57,946 bases of DNA from the NCBI GenBank assembly GCA_011526265.1, contig WTJN01000111.1:1-57946 (forward strand), written 5' to 3'. A model generated the notes under the pieces. The model ran no database searches and was not told the origin of the DNA. It saw only the letters and a program-made list of their open reading frames with translations. The stretch's first letter is position 1, and each line of letters starts with the position of its first letter. Position numbers and translations under genes: made by a program. This DNA is from Candidatus Arcticimaribacter sp. (lineage in GTDB: Bacteria > Bacteroidota > Bacteroidia > Flavobacteriales > Flavobacteriaceae). Positions 29,053-38,211 of this stretch are shown piece after piece.

Positions 29053-31101
29053 ATGCAAAAAATTCTTGCCTTTCTTTACAACTATCAATCGCTGATTTAC
29101 AAGTTTTTTTTGTTCTTGCTCTCTACTTTGGCCATTGTATATCTATTACCTACAAAAAACCAATGGGCATATGATTTTTCAGAAGGAGACCTTTGGAAGT
29201 ACGAAAAGCTGTACGCTCCTTTCGATTTTGCTTTGATTAAATCAGATGAAGAAATTGCTATAGAAAAAGCGGAATTACGCCAAAAAGCGCTCGTTTTTTT
29301 TACTGTCGATTCCACCGTATATCCGCGTGTTGTCGATCGGTATAAGCGCGATTTCGCCACCTATTTTTCCAAAATCAGAAAACCATCAAGTCGGTTGGAC
29401 AAACTGAATTATGATTTTGGGCTGGCGTTATTGAAGGAGATGTATGATACAGGAGTTTTACCTCCCAATTATTCTCATGAAGGGGGAGAGGTTGCTGGTT
29501 TGATTTCTGGAAAAAATGAAAAAGATGTTTCGTTCGATGCGCTGATCGATTTACGCAGTCTTGAGGGGTATTTAAAAGAGAGAACTGTTCAAAAGTCCAC
29601 CCCTGAATCCAAGGCGTTTTATAATTTATTTTTTGACATTCTCTTGCCCAACCTAGCGGTGAATACCACTTTTACGGAAAAAGAATTACAACGTCAATAT
29701 GCCGAAATTTCACCCACCCGTGACATTGTTGTCGAAGGGCAAGAAATTATTTCGCCGGGCCAGCCCATTGTGGGAAAGCGCTGGAGCATGCTATGGTCAT
29801 TGCGTCAACAATTTGCTTCCAACCAACGTTCCAAGGCAAATTATTACTGGACCACTACGGGCTATTTTCTTATGATAGGCATGGTGCTATTGATTCTCTT
29901 TATGTTTATCCATCAATACCGCCCAGCGATTTACGAAGACAACACAAAGGTTACGTTTCTTTTTTTCAATATTTTACTGATGGTGGGGGCAAGTACTTCC
30001 CTTCTAGGGTACAAAAGCGCTTATATTTATGTCTTGCCTGTTTGTATTTTTCCATTGATCACTAAAGCTTTTTTTGATGCGCGATTGGGGTTGTTTGTGC
30101 ATGTCATTACTGTCACCATTGTTGGGTTCATTGTACCCAATGGTTTTGAATATCTTGTATTGCAAATTCTTGCAGGCATGATAACCATCCTCAGTGCTTC
30201 CGAACTGTACAAGCGGGCCAATTTATTCATATCTGTCTCACAGATCACCTCCGTTTATCTCTTCGGTTATCTTTGTTTTGTTCTCATCAAACAAGGTAGC
30301 ATTACTCAAATTGAACCACTTAATATTGGGTTATTTGTCATTGGTGGACTTTTGACACTCTTTGTGCAACCACTGATTTATCTCTACGAGAAAATATTCA
30401 AACTTGTTTCTGATGTTTCTCTCTTGGAGCTTTCAGACACCAACTCCGGTTTGTTTAAAATGCTTTCAGATCAGGCGCCGGGTACTTTTCATCATTCGCT
30501 TCAAGTGGCTAATTTGGCCGAAGCAGCAGCGGTAAGAATTGGTGCCAATGCCTTGTTGACGCGCGTGGGGGCTTTATATCACGATATTGGGAAGATCAAT
30601 CGTCCCGCTTATTTTTCAGAAAACCAAAGAGGGAATGTATCGTTACACGACGAGCTATCGCCCCAGGAAAGTGCGCGAATCATCATCAATCACGTTATTG
30701 AGGGGATAGAAAAAGCGAAAGCCTACAATATCCCAGACAGAATTATTGATTTTATTCGCACCCATCACGGGACATCTACGGTCTATTTTTTCTATAAAAA
30801 GGCACAGGCTGCGCAAGGCGATGTTTCTATCGAAGATTTTTCTTACCCTGGGCCTAAGCCGTTTTCAAAAGAAACTGCAATCGTTATGATGGCCGACGCA
30901 GTAGAGGCAGCAACCAAAAGTTTGGTCACACCTTCTGCAGAGGAATTGACTGCTTTTGTCAACAAAATTATTGCCACACAAATGGAGGAAAACCAATTCA
31001 TCAATGCCAATATTACCCTTGCAGAAATAGAAATGGTAAAGAAGGTGTTGATTGACAAATTGGTCAATGTGTACCACTTGCGGATTGCCTATCCAGAGTG
31101 A
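29053..31101 (+). CDS. 7TM-HD membrane phosphohydrolase (PgpH-like)
   Basis: Extracytoplasmic domain, about 7 TM helices, APGTFHHS, YHDIGK, THHGT and MADAVEAA. Confidence 0.9.
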   Translation: MQKILAFLYNYQSLIYKFFLFLLSTLAIVYLLPTKNQWAYDFSEGDLWKYEKLYAPFDFALIKSDEEIAIEKAELRQKALVFFTVDSTVYPRVVDRYKRDFATYFSKIRKPSSRLDKLNYDFGLALLKEMYDTGVLPPNYSHEGGEVAGLISGKNEKDVSFDALIDLRSLEGYLKERTVQKSTPESKAFYNLFFDILLPNLAVNTTFTEKELQRQYAEISPTRDIVVEGQEIISPGQPIVGKRWSMLWSLRQQFASNQRSKANYYWTTTGYFLMIGMVLLILFMFIHQYRPAIYEDNTKVTFLFFNILLMVGASTSLLGYKSAYIYVLPVCIFPLITKAFFDARLGLFVHVITVTIVGFIVPNGFEYLVLQILAGMITILSASELYKRANLFISVSQITSVYLFGYLCFVLIKQGSITQIEPLNIGLFVIGGLLTLFVQPLIYLYEKIFKLVSDVSLLELSDTNSGLFKMLSDQAPGTFHHSLQVANLAEAAAVRIGANALLTRVGALYHDIGKINRPAYFSENQRGNVSLHDELSPQESARIIINHVIEGIEKAKAYNIPDRIIDFIRTHHGTSTVYFFYKKAQAAQGDVSIEDFSYPGPKPFSKETAIVMMADAVEAATKSLVTPSAEELTAFVNKIIATQMEENQFINANITLAEIEMVKKVLIDKLVNVYHLRIAYPE

Positions 31102-31153
31102 TTAAGTGTATTTAAAACACCATAAAAATATTGTTTAATTTAAGGGTTAACAT

Positions 31154-31161
31154 TACATTTG
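31154..31161 (+). promoter_or_regulatory. -7 promoter element of the tRNA operon
   Basis: TACATTTG, 23 nt upstream of tRNA-Ser. Confidence 0.65.
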
Positions 31162-31184
31162 CACTCTTACTTTCTGTAAGCACT

Positions 31185-31271
31185 GGAGAGGTGGCAGAGT
31201 GGTAATGCAGCAGATTGCTAATCTGTGAACGCGTAAGTGTTCCCCGAGTTCGAGTCTCGGTCTCTCCGCCA
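31185..31271 (+). tRNA. tRNA-Ser(GCT)
   Basis: Acceptor GGAGAGG/TCTCTCC, anticodon arm GCAGA-TTGCTAA-TCTGT, long variable arm and encoded CCA. Confidence 0.95.
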
Positions 31272-31302
31272 AAGTTTCAGGGGTCGAGTTGGCCCTTGAA
31301 AA

Positions 31303-31380
31303 CGGGGTGTAGCGTAGCCCGGTCATCGCGCCTGCTTTGGGAGCAGGAGGTCGCAGGTTCGAATCCTGCCACCCCGACCA
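31303..31380 (+). tRNA. tRNA-Pro(TGG)
   Basis: Acceptor CGGGGTG/CACCCCG, anticodon arm CCTGC-TTTGGGA-GCAGG, GTTCGAATC and CCA. Confidence 0.96.
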
Positions 31381-31385
31381 ACAAC

Positions 31386-31459
31386 GGTCGCGTAGCTCAG
31401 CTGGATAGAGCATCTGCCTTCTAAGCAGACGGTCCTAGGTTCGAATCCTAGCGCGATCA
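31386..31459 (+). tRNA. tRNA-Arg(TCT)
   Basis: Acceptor GGTCGCG/CGCGATC, anticodon arm TCTGC-CTTCTAA-GCAGA; CCA not encoded. Confidence 0.96.
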
Positions 31460-31484
31460 CACCGAGTAATAATTCTCGCTCTTC

Positions 31485-31516
31485 AACCTTGTGATTTTTT
31501 TTGCAAGGTTTTTTTT
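31485..31516 (+). terminator. intrinsic terminator of the tRNA operon
   Basis: AACCTTG...CAAGGTT stem followed by a T tract. Confidence 0.65.
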
Positions 31517-31773
31517 GTATCCACAGTGTTTTAATTTCGTCCAGTCTTATTTTCAAGATGGATTGTTATGTCGTCACTAGATATGAAATAACCAACATCA
31601 ATTATAATGGATAAGCATAAAGCTTTTGACAGTTCTATTCTATATCGTTTTCTTTAGTGCCCAACAAAACAGCATACCATATTTTGAAATAAAGATCTGA
31701 AAGCCAAATTTTATTTCCTCGAGAGAATGTAGTATATTTATAACTAGGAATTTAGAACCAGGAAGTAAGTAGA

Positions 31774-32268
31774 ATGAAAGAAATAAATAAATATATTTCT
31801 CCCATTGCTAGTTTTGATGTGCACCTAAGCAATTACCATAGGTTGATAGACCAACTGCGAAGGGAGAACGACATTAGCCACTTACGTGAAATTTTGAGCC
31901 ATAGTTTAACAACTACCATTGTCGATCAAATTAAGGAAGAGCAATATGATGCCCTTGTACTCACGCGGGCCAATCAACATATAGTATGGGTCAGTGAGGG
32001 GTTTAAGGGGATGACAGGGTATTCAAAGAATTTTGTTTTGGGCAAGCGACCTTCTTTCCTACAAGGTGAACGCACGTGCCAAGAAACAAAAAAAGCGATC
32101 AGAGAGTCTTTGCGTGAGAAGCACACTTTTGAAGGGGCGTTGATCAATTACCGCAAAAACAAAGAAACCTATACTTGTCACATTAATATTCTGCCCATAT
32201 ACAGCAAAAAAAATCGACTGAAATATTTTTTGGCCATCGAAAAAGAAATCACCGAAGAAAATCACTAA
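31774..32268 (+). CDS. stand-alone PAS domain protein, LOV-like but lacking the photoactive Cys
   Basis: IVWVSEGFKGMTGY..VLGKRPSFLQG..LINYRKN aligns by eye to the LOV/PAS core. Confidence 0.85.
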   Translation: MKEINKYISPIASFDVHLSNYHRLIDQLRRENDISHLREILSHSLTTTIVDQIKEEQYDALVLTRANQHIVWVSEGFKGMTGYSKNFVLGKRPSFLQGERTCQETKKAIRESLREKHTFEGALINYRKNKETYTCHINILPIYSKKNRLKYFLAIEKEITEENH

Positions 32269-32385
32269 TTTTCATTTGATTTATTGATTTTTTAAATTTT
32301 TACTTTGTCATTTTTTTGTGAGCAATGTGTTTTTTAAATTACTTATAAACATTGTTTTAACATTTTCATTCGTTCAAATTTATTT

Positions 32386-32403
32386 TTAGCGAAAGTACGC
32401 TAA
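32386..32403. promoter_or_regulatory. palindromic candidate operator upstream of the XRE regulator
   Basis: TTAGCGAA-AG-TACGCTAA, 7 of 8 positions symmetric, standing out in a very AT-rich spacer. Confidence 0.55.
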
Positions 32404-32455
32404 TTGTTAATTGTTCTCTTTTACTATTTCCACTCTTTTCTACTATCTTTAACCC

Positions 32456-33931
32456 ATGGATAGAGAAATAATCAAACAAGTTTTTGGGTTAAAAATCAGA
32501 CAAATTAGAGATAAAAAGAAACTATCTCTTTCTTCTCTTGCTACCATGACAGGATTGTCTAAATCATACTTGAATGAAATAGAAAAAGGTAAAAAGTACC
32601 CAAAATTGGACAAAATCATGCTGCTTTCCAACCACCTTGACATCGCTTACGAAGAGTTGGTTTCTTTAAAGTTGGATAAAAAATATGCGCCGATTGGTCA
32701 TTTGATTCAATCTCAAATTTTAAGCAAGATTCCTTTCCATATTTTTGGTTTGAAAGAGAGCAATATCATTGATCTTTTGGTCAATGAACCACTAAAGGGA
32801 AGTGCCTTTGTACAGTTGGTGGGTAAAATGGCAAAAAATCAGCAAATCAATTTTCATGATTTTTTGATGGAGATTTTGCGCTTGCGGCGTGAACAACAAC
32901 ACAATTTCTTTGCAGATATTGAGCAAGAAGTGATCGAATTCTCACATCTTCACGCAATTAATTTATCGGTTTATCATTTCTCTGCAGATTTTTTGGCTTT
33001 GCTGACTCAAAAATTTGGATATGATATTCATGAGGATGGCTTGGTTGGTCATGATGACCTCAAAAATTTTGATTCTCTTACCGTTTTACCGTCGAAAAAA
33101 CTTTTATTGCAACGACAGCTTTCCGAACATCAGCGCCATCTAATTTTTGCGCAAGAATTGGGTTATGCCCATCTTAATATCAACGAACGTCCTTGTACAA
33201 ACCCAGCTTTACCCCTTGATGATTATACGCTTTTATCTAACGCTTTCCGTTCAACTTATTTTGCTTCGGCCTTGATTCTACCGTATGAAAAACTTGTCAA
33301 CGCTTTTCGACAACTGTTCCAGCAGGAAACTTTCAACGCTTTGTTATTTGACGAAATTGTAGGAAGTTTTAACGCTTCACCGGGGATGTTTTATCGCCGT
33401 TTAAATCAAGTTTTACCGCATGCGTTTTCACTTAAAGGAGCCTTTTACTTGCACATCAATGGGGGAGGGACTGATCAGCTTTTCCACTTGGAAGAGTCGC
33501 TTTTCTCGAATGACAAATTTCTATCCAACGCCCTTATACCCAACGAGCATCTTTGTCAGCGATGGGTCGCTATCAAAGTTCTCCAGGATAGTTCAAAAAG
33601 AAAGGTTAAACATGAATTTGACATTCAAATCTCCGAGCATCCATCAGAGGGAAAGTCTTATCTAATTTTGTCATCGGCGACCAAGCATGAGAGTAAGGAC
33701 GAAATGTACAGCAGTTTTAGCATGGGGTTTTTAATTACCGAACAATTGCGTCAAAAAGTACGTTTTATTGCAGATCCAAAAATAAGACGACAGGTGGTAG
33801 GGGTAACCTGCGAACAGTGCCCAATCCATGACTGTATGGAACGACGAGTACCAGCAACTGCATTGCTGCAATCTAGAGAAAAACAACGCATCGAAGATGC
33901 TGTTCAAGCCATTAATAATGCCCTGCAGTAA
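32456..33931 (+). CDS. XRE-HTH transcriptional regulator, RamB/PrpR (ScfR)-like
   Basis: N-terminal HTH (GLSKSYLNEIEKGK), degenerate IrrE-like segment (IFAQELGY) and C-terminal GVTCEQCPIHDCMERR (CX2CX4C). Confidence 0.85.
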   Translation: MDREIIKQVFGLKIRQIRDKKKLSLSSLATMTGLSKSYLNEIEKGKKYPKLDKIMLLSNHLDIAYEELVSLKLDKKYAPIGHLIQSQILSKIPFHIFGLKESNIIDLLVNEPLKGSAFVQLVGKMAKNQQINFHDFLMEILRLRREQQHNFFADIEQEVIEFSHLHAINLSVYHFSADFLALLTQKFGYDIHEDGLVGHDDLKNFDSLTVLPSKKLLLQRQLSEHQRHLIFAQELGYAHLNINERPCTNPALPLDDYTLLSNAFRSTYFASALILPYEKLVNAFRQLFQQETFNALLFDEIVGSFNASPGMFYRRLNQVLPHAFSLKGAFYLHINGGGTDQLFHLEESLFSNDKFLSNALIPNEHLCQRWVAIKVLQDSSKRKVKHEFDIQISEHPSEGKSYLILSSATKHESKDEMYSSFSMGFLITEQLRQKVRFIADPKIRRQVVGVTCEQCPIHDCMERRVPATALLQSREKQRIEDAVQAINNALQ

Positions 33932-34027
33932 TGGCCAGCTACTTTTTTCTGGCATAGTTATTGGTTAAGATATTGCACCTCACTTTTCTTACTAAACATC
34001 AAACGATTAATGAAAAAATTATATCAA

Positions 34028-35416
34028 ATGAAATTTAGATTTTTATTTCCCTTGCTCACTCTTTTTGTTCTTTTGGCTTGCTCCAAAGACGAATCTTCTG
34101 ACAGTCCAGATGAAGTGTTATTTAATTTTGACGCCGTAGGAACCATTGCAGAACAAACAGTAGAACAAGCAAGAGCCACCATCAATGGGCGTTGGAATGT
34201 AGGTGATTCACCCTCATCTTCACGTCGAACAATTGATTGTGCTTTTTACGGGATCGAATTTACGGATGACCGTTTCGCAATTGCTTTTCAGATAGAAGGG
34301 GTGGATCCAGAAACCGGTGTAGCGGTAGACGAAACTGTTTTTGCCTACGGGCCATATACGCTTGTAGAGAATAGTGCTGGTAATGTGACTTCGGTTGATC
34401 TATTTGAAATTATTGATGGTGCAGAAGTCAAAATTGCCGCATTGACCAATGTAGTTGTTGAAGAAAGCAATGGAGAGCTCAACGCTACCTTTGATGTTGA
34501 ATTCAATTTGCCAGACGACTTTTCCGATTTCCCATGCGGGAATTTATCGGGGAATTACAGTGCCGAAAAAGACGAGCCTCTGGTGAGTGAAGAAGAAAGT
34601 AGTGCAAACAGTAATTTTGCTCTTTTGGTTGATGGTCCGTGGGCTCTAAATCAAATTGAAGTGAACGGCGAAGCCCTAAACTTTGCTGAAGCTTTTTTAG
34701 GAAACGATGTTTGTGAAGAAATCAGTGAAGAACTCAGTGTTTCTGCACAAGCACAAGCCGATGCCGAGTTGGAGGCCATCAATGCCACCTATGCCAGTCA
34801 AAATGAGGAGTTAGCTATTTTTACCGACCAAATTAGTGACCTCTATGCAGAGATCGCTGCCTTAGAAACACAATACACGGAACAGTATGCTGCGGCAGTT
34901 GCTGCAGGCGCCGATGAACAAGAGTTGGCCCAAATACGCACAGCGACAGATGCGCAAGTCATTGAAATTACGCAAGCAGCTTTAAGCCTGCAAACCCAGG
35001 CGGAAACCCTTAGTGCGCAAATCAATAGTCAATACGAAGAAGCATTGATTGGATTCGAAATTCGCGTTTCTGAAATCATTGAGGAAATTTCGCAAGAAAT
35101 AGATCGTCTTTGTCAAGAAGCGCAAAGTGATTTGGCCGAAGCCCAAATGGATTTAGAAGTTTCTTTCTCGGCCTATGGTTCTTATATTTTTTCTGTGTCC
35201 GATGCCATTGGTGAAACGGTGGATGTGGAAGTCAATGAATGGGAATTCACCAATGCTAGTCAAAATGAGTTATTGGTCGATGGTGAGACAAGACTTGTAA
35301 TCGAACGATTAACCGCAACAGAGTTTGTCGTTGTTGAAACCTATACTGAGCTTGACGAGGAAAGTGGGGAAAGTGAAGAATTTGTAGTACGTTTTTCATT
35401 TACACGCGCAAATTAA
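34028..35416 (+). CDS. acidic surface lipoprotein with beta-rich (lipocalin-like) domains and a long helical insertion
   Basis: Lipobox LLAC followed by SKDESSD; very few K/R in the mature chain. An alternative start lies at 34010. Confidence 0.8.
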   Translation: MKFRFLFPLLTLFVLLACSKDESSDSPDEVLFNFDAVGTIAEQTVEQARATINGRWNVGDSPSSSRRTIDCAFYGIEFTDDRFAIAFQIEGVDPETGVAVDETVFAYGPYTLVENSAGNVTSVDLFEIIDGAEVKIAALTNVVVEESNGELNATFDVEFNLPDDFSDFPCGNLSGNYSAEKDEPLVSEEESSANSNFALLVDGPWALNQIEVNGEALNFAEAFLGNDVCEEISEELSVSAQAQADAELEAINATYASQNEELAIFTDQISDLYAEIAALETQYTEQYAAAVAAGADEQELAQIRTATDAQVIEITQAALSLQTQAETLSAQINSQYEEALIGFEIRVSEIIEEISQEIDRLCQEAQSDLAEAQMDLEVSFSAYGSYIFSVSDAIGETVDVEVNEWEFTNASQNELLVDGETRLVIERLTATEFVVVETYTELDEESGESEEFVVRFSFTRAN

Positions 35417-35434
35417 CCCTTACCATTAAGCATT

Positions 35435-35466
35435 AAATAGCCTTCGTTTACGGAGGCTATTTTTTT
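35435..35466 (+). terminator. intrinsic terminator
   Basis: AAATAGCCTTCG-TTTA-CGGAGGCTATTT followed by a T tract. Confidence 0.88.
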
Positions 35467-35541
35467 ATTTCCGCTTGATTTAAATTTTCACTTGTTTTCG
35501 ATTTCCTATCTTGCACTACAATTGACTATAGTTATTTATTT

Positions 35542-36225
35542 ATGCCGGTAAAAAACATTCCTTCTGTTGCGTTATATTTTGGGTTAATCATTTGTTTTTT
35601 CTCCCTCACTTTACATGCTCAATCGGCGCGAAACAGCACCTTTGGTGATTATATCATCAAGTCTACTGAGCCCAGTATTCAGGTAAAAATGCATCTTGAT
35701 TCTGTGACCAAAAGATGGATGATCAGCTATGAGAAAAACCGATTTGCGCGCAAGCCAGTCAATAGTATTTCTATTGTAGGAGTGGGTTATTTCGGCGAGC
35801 ATGAGTATGCTGGGTACAAACCTTCAACCTATGTTCGTATTATTATAGAAAATGAACCTCTCAGTGGCGCCATTCGCGCCTATTTCCCCAATATGTTTTG
35901 GCGTATACAGAGTTATAAAGAAGACATCCCTGTTCAGGTTCGTATAAGGTTAGACAGTCAATTCATTTTTGAATATACGGCTACCATCATTAAAAAATCG
36001 GGGAAAGTCGTTATCGATCAAGGGCAGGACCTTAAAATGATGATTGATAAATTGGAAATGGCAGAAACTTTTTATCTTCAAATGCTTGACTCAGAAAATC
36101 GCTTACCTTCTTTCGAACACACTCAGTGGAAATTTGAAACCAACAACGCTCAAAAGGTGATTCGCGACTTTCAGAAAGTTGCCAATATAAAGTGGATACC
36201 GGATAACCAATCCAGCGAAAATTAA
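35542..36225 (+). CDS. hypothetical exported protein
   Basis: 227-aa ORF with a signal peptide ending LHA/Q; no family recognised. Confidence 0.7.
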   Translation: MPVKNIPSVALYFGLIICFFSLTLHAQSARNSTFGDYIIKSTEPSIQVKMHLDSVTKRWMISYEKNRFARKPVNSISIVGVGYFGEHEYAGYKPSTYVRIIIENEPLSGAIRAYFPNMFWRIQSYKEDIPVQVRIRLDSQFIFEYTATIIKKSGKVVIDQGQDLKMMIDKLEMAETFYLQMLDSENRLPSFEHTQWKFETNNAQKVIRDFQKVANIKWIPDNQSSEN

Positions 36226-38096
36226 TTTTTCAGTCGATAGAAATACACCCCCTTTTTGGGTAGAATAAGTTCAGTCGACCATTCAATTTCTTCTTCGGTC
36301 AGAACATTGATCATTGTTTTTCCGTCCAATTGTAACTCTTCAAAGCGTTCAAGATCTATGGCATAGGGAGAGGTGTTTTTGTTGAGGAACAATACAACGG
36401 TTTCATCCGCATTTCTGCGAACAAGCGTATAGATCCCTTCGAAAGGTGCAAAATGAATGAGTTCACCCTGTTGTATAGCGGTTGATTGCTTGCGGTAGTG
36501 TAGCAGTTTTTGAATGAAATTTTGCATATCAATCTGTTCCGCGTTCAGTCCTTTTTGCGTGAATCCATTCACTGTATCTGTGGCCCATCCCCCCGGAAAG
36601 TCAGTGCGAATTAAGCCATGGTCACCGGGTTGAGCGGTGTTTTCAATAAGCACCTCAGTGCCATAGTATACCTGAGGCACACGGGGTAAAAGGAGCAACA
36701 CGCCTAAAGCCATTTTTAGGTTTACAGCTTGTTCGTTGTACTGGGTAAATGCCCGATCCATATCGTGGTTGTCTAGGAAGGCGACAATCTTTTCCGGTGC
36801 GGCATAGCCAAAGTCATTGGCGATAGCTTCATAAATCTCAATCAACCCAGTATCCCAAGCTTCTTCGTGCATGATTCCTTTGCGCAAAGCTTCCTGAATA
36901 GGAAAATCCATGGTGTGGGTTAAATGTGATCGGTATCCATCTTTATTTTTGTTGCCGTCCTGCCAATACCCAACAAGCAACGGATTATAACTCCATTCTT
37001 CACCTACAATCGAAAAATTGGGGTATTCTGCCATGATACTTTTTGCCCATTTGGCCATGAAGGTTTTATCCGGGTAAGGATAGGTGTCTTGACGGATACC
37101 GCTAAGATGCAGTGTTTCGATCCACCATAGACTATTTTGAATGATATAATTGGCCATGTAAGGATTCCTTTGGTTTAAATCGGGCATCTCGGCAACAAAC
37201 CATCCTTCGCTCATGGCTTTTTTGTCGTATCGTGAAGCGTAGGGATCCTGATTTGTTGTTCTTCGGTGGTTCGAGGAGCGTAACTCTTGTTTGTTTTCGA
37301 AACGGTCTTGCTGATTGACCCAATCCTCAAAGGGTAAGTCTTCCATCCACCAATGGTGAACACCGCAATGGTTCGCCACCTGATCCATGATGATTTTAAT
37401 CCCTTTTGAACGGGCTTTCTGTGCAAATTCCTTGTATGTTTCTAAATCTCCAAAACGAGGGTCAACTGCATAATAATCGGTCATGGCATAACCGTGATAT
37501 GACTGCTTGGGCATATCGTTGGTGAGTAATGGTGTAGACCAAATGGCTGTAAAGCCCAAGTTGGCAATATAATCCAGATGATCAATAATTCCGCGAATAT
37601 CCCCCCCGTGGCGGCCGTAGTGATCTCCCCGCTGCAGTGTTGTTTCCCGCATCGACTCAAACTGATCATTTAATGGGTCACCATTGGCAAAACGATCCGG
37701 AGTAATCAAATAAATAGCATCCGACGTGTCAAAGCCTTTGATGTCAATATTTTTATTACGTGATTTTATAGCGTACCGGGTGGTGTATTTTATTCGCCCA
37801 TTTTCTTCAAAATTGATCGTGAAAGTAGTCGATGTGACGCTCGAATCGATGTGAAGGTCCAAAAACAAATAGTTGGGGCTTTTGGCTTGATGATATTCTA
37901 CCAGATCAATCCCTTTATGCGCAATCACAGGCCGCATTTTTCCAATGGTTTTGGCATGAACCAAAAGTTGGAGTTTTGGGTTCGAAAATCCAGACCACCA
38001 GTGTGGGGGTTCTACACGGATTTCAGAGGTGTCTTGCGCAAAAGAAATGCCTGATAGAAAAAGGCAAAAGAGTAAAAGGAAGATTCTCGTTTTCAT
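36222..38096 (-). CDS. GH13 cyclomaltodextrinase/neopullulanase (SusA-like)
   Basis: Signal peptide, RVEPPHWW, YLITPDRFANGD, YHGY, and catalytic IRQDTY, VGEEW and DNHD. Confidence 0.93.
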   Translation of the reverse strand: MKTRIFLLLFCLFLSGISFAQDTSEIRVEPPHWWSGFSNPKLQLLVHAKTIGKMRPVIAHKGIDLVEYHQAKSPNYLFLDLHIDSSVTSTTFTINFEENGRIKYTTRYAIKSRNKNIDIKGFDTSDAIYLITPDRFANGDPLNDQFESMRETTLQRGDHYGRHGGDIRGIIDHLDYIANLGFTAIWSTPLLTNDMPKQSYHGYAMTDYYAVDPRFGDLETYKEFAQKARSKGIKIIMDQVANHCGVHHWWMEDLPFEDWVNQQDRFENKQELRSSNHRRTTNQDPYASRYDKKAMSEGWFVAEMPDLNQRNPYMANYIIQNSLWWIETLHLSGIRQDTYPYPDKTFMAKWAKSIMAEYPNFSIVGEEWSYNPLLVGYWQDGNKNKDGYRSHLTHTMDFPIQEALRKGIMHEEAWDTGLIEIYEAIANDFGYAAPEKIVAFLDNHDMDRAFTQYNEQAVNLKMALGVLLLLPRVPQVYYGTEVLIENTAQPGDHGLIRTDFPGGWATDTVNGFTQKGLNAEQIDMQNFIQKLLHYRKQSTAIQQGELIHFAPFEGIYTLVRRNADETVVLFLNKNTSPYAIDLERFEELQLDGKTMINVLTEEEIEWSTELILPKKGVYFYRLKN

Positions 38097-38211
38097 ATCT
38101 ATTGGTTTGTTCAAAAATAGTTAAATAGCCTGCAATTGGAAATCGAATTATGCAGTTAAATCATTTTTTTGTAATTTAGTTGAGTAACTCATTTCTTAAA
38201 GAACTATTACT

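Noticed and set aside
31272-31302. Hairpin between tRNA-Ser and tRNA-Pro as a repeat element or sRNA
   Set aside because: It is a single copy; structured tRNA spacers are ordinary processing features.
31153-31556. Short ORFs in the tRNA cluster
   Set aside because: They overlap three clear tRNA genes.
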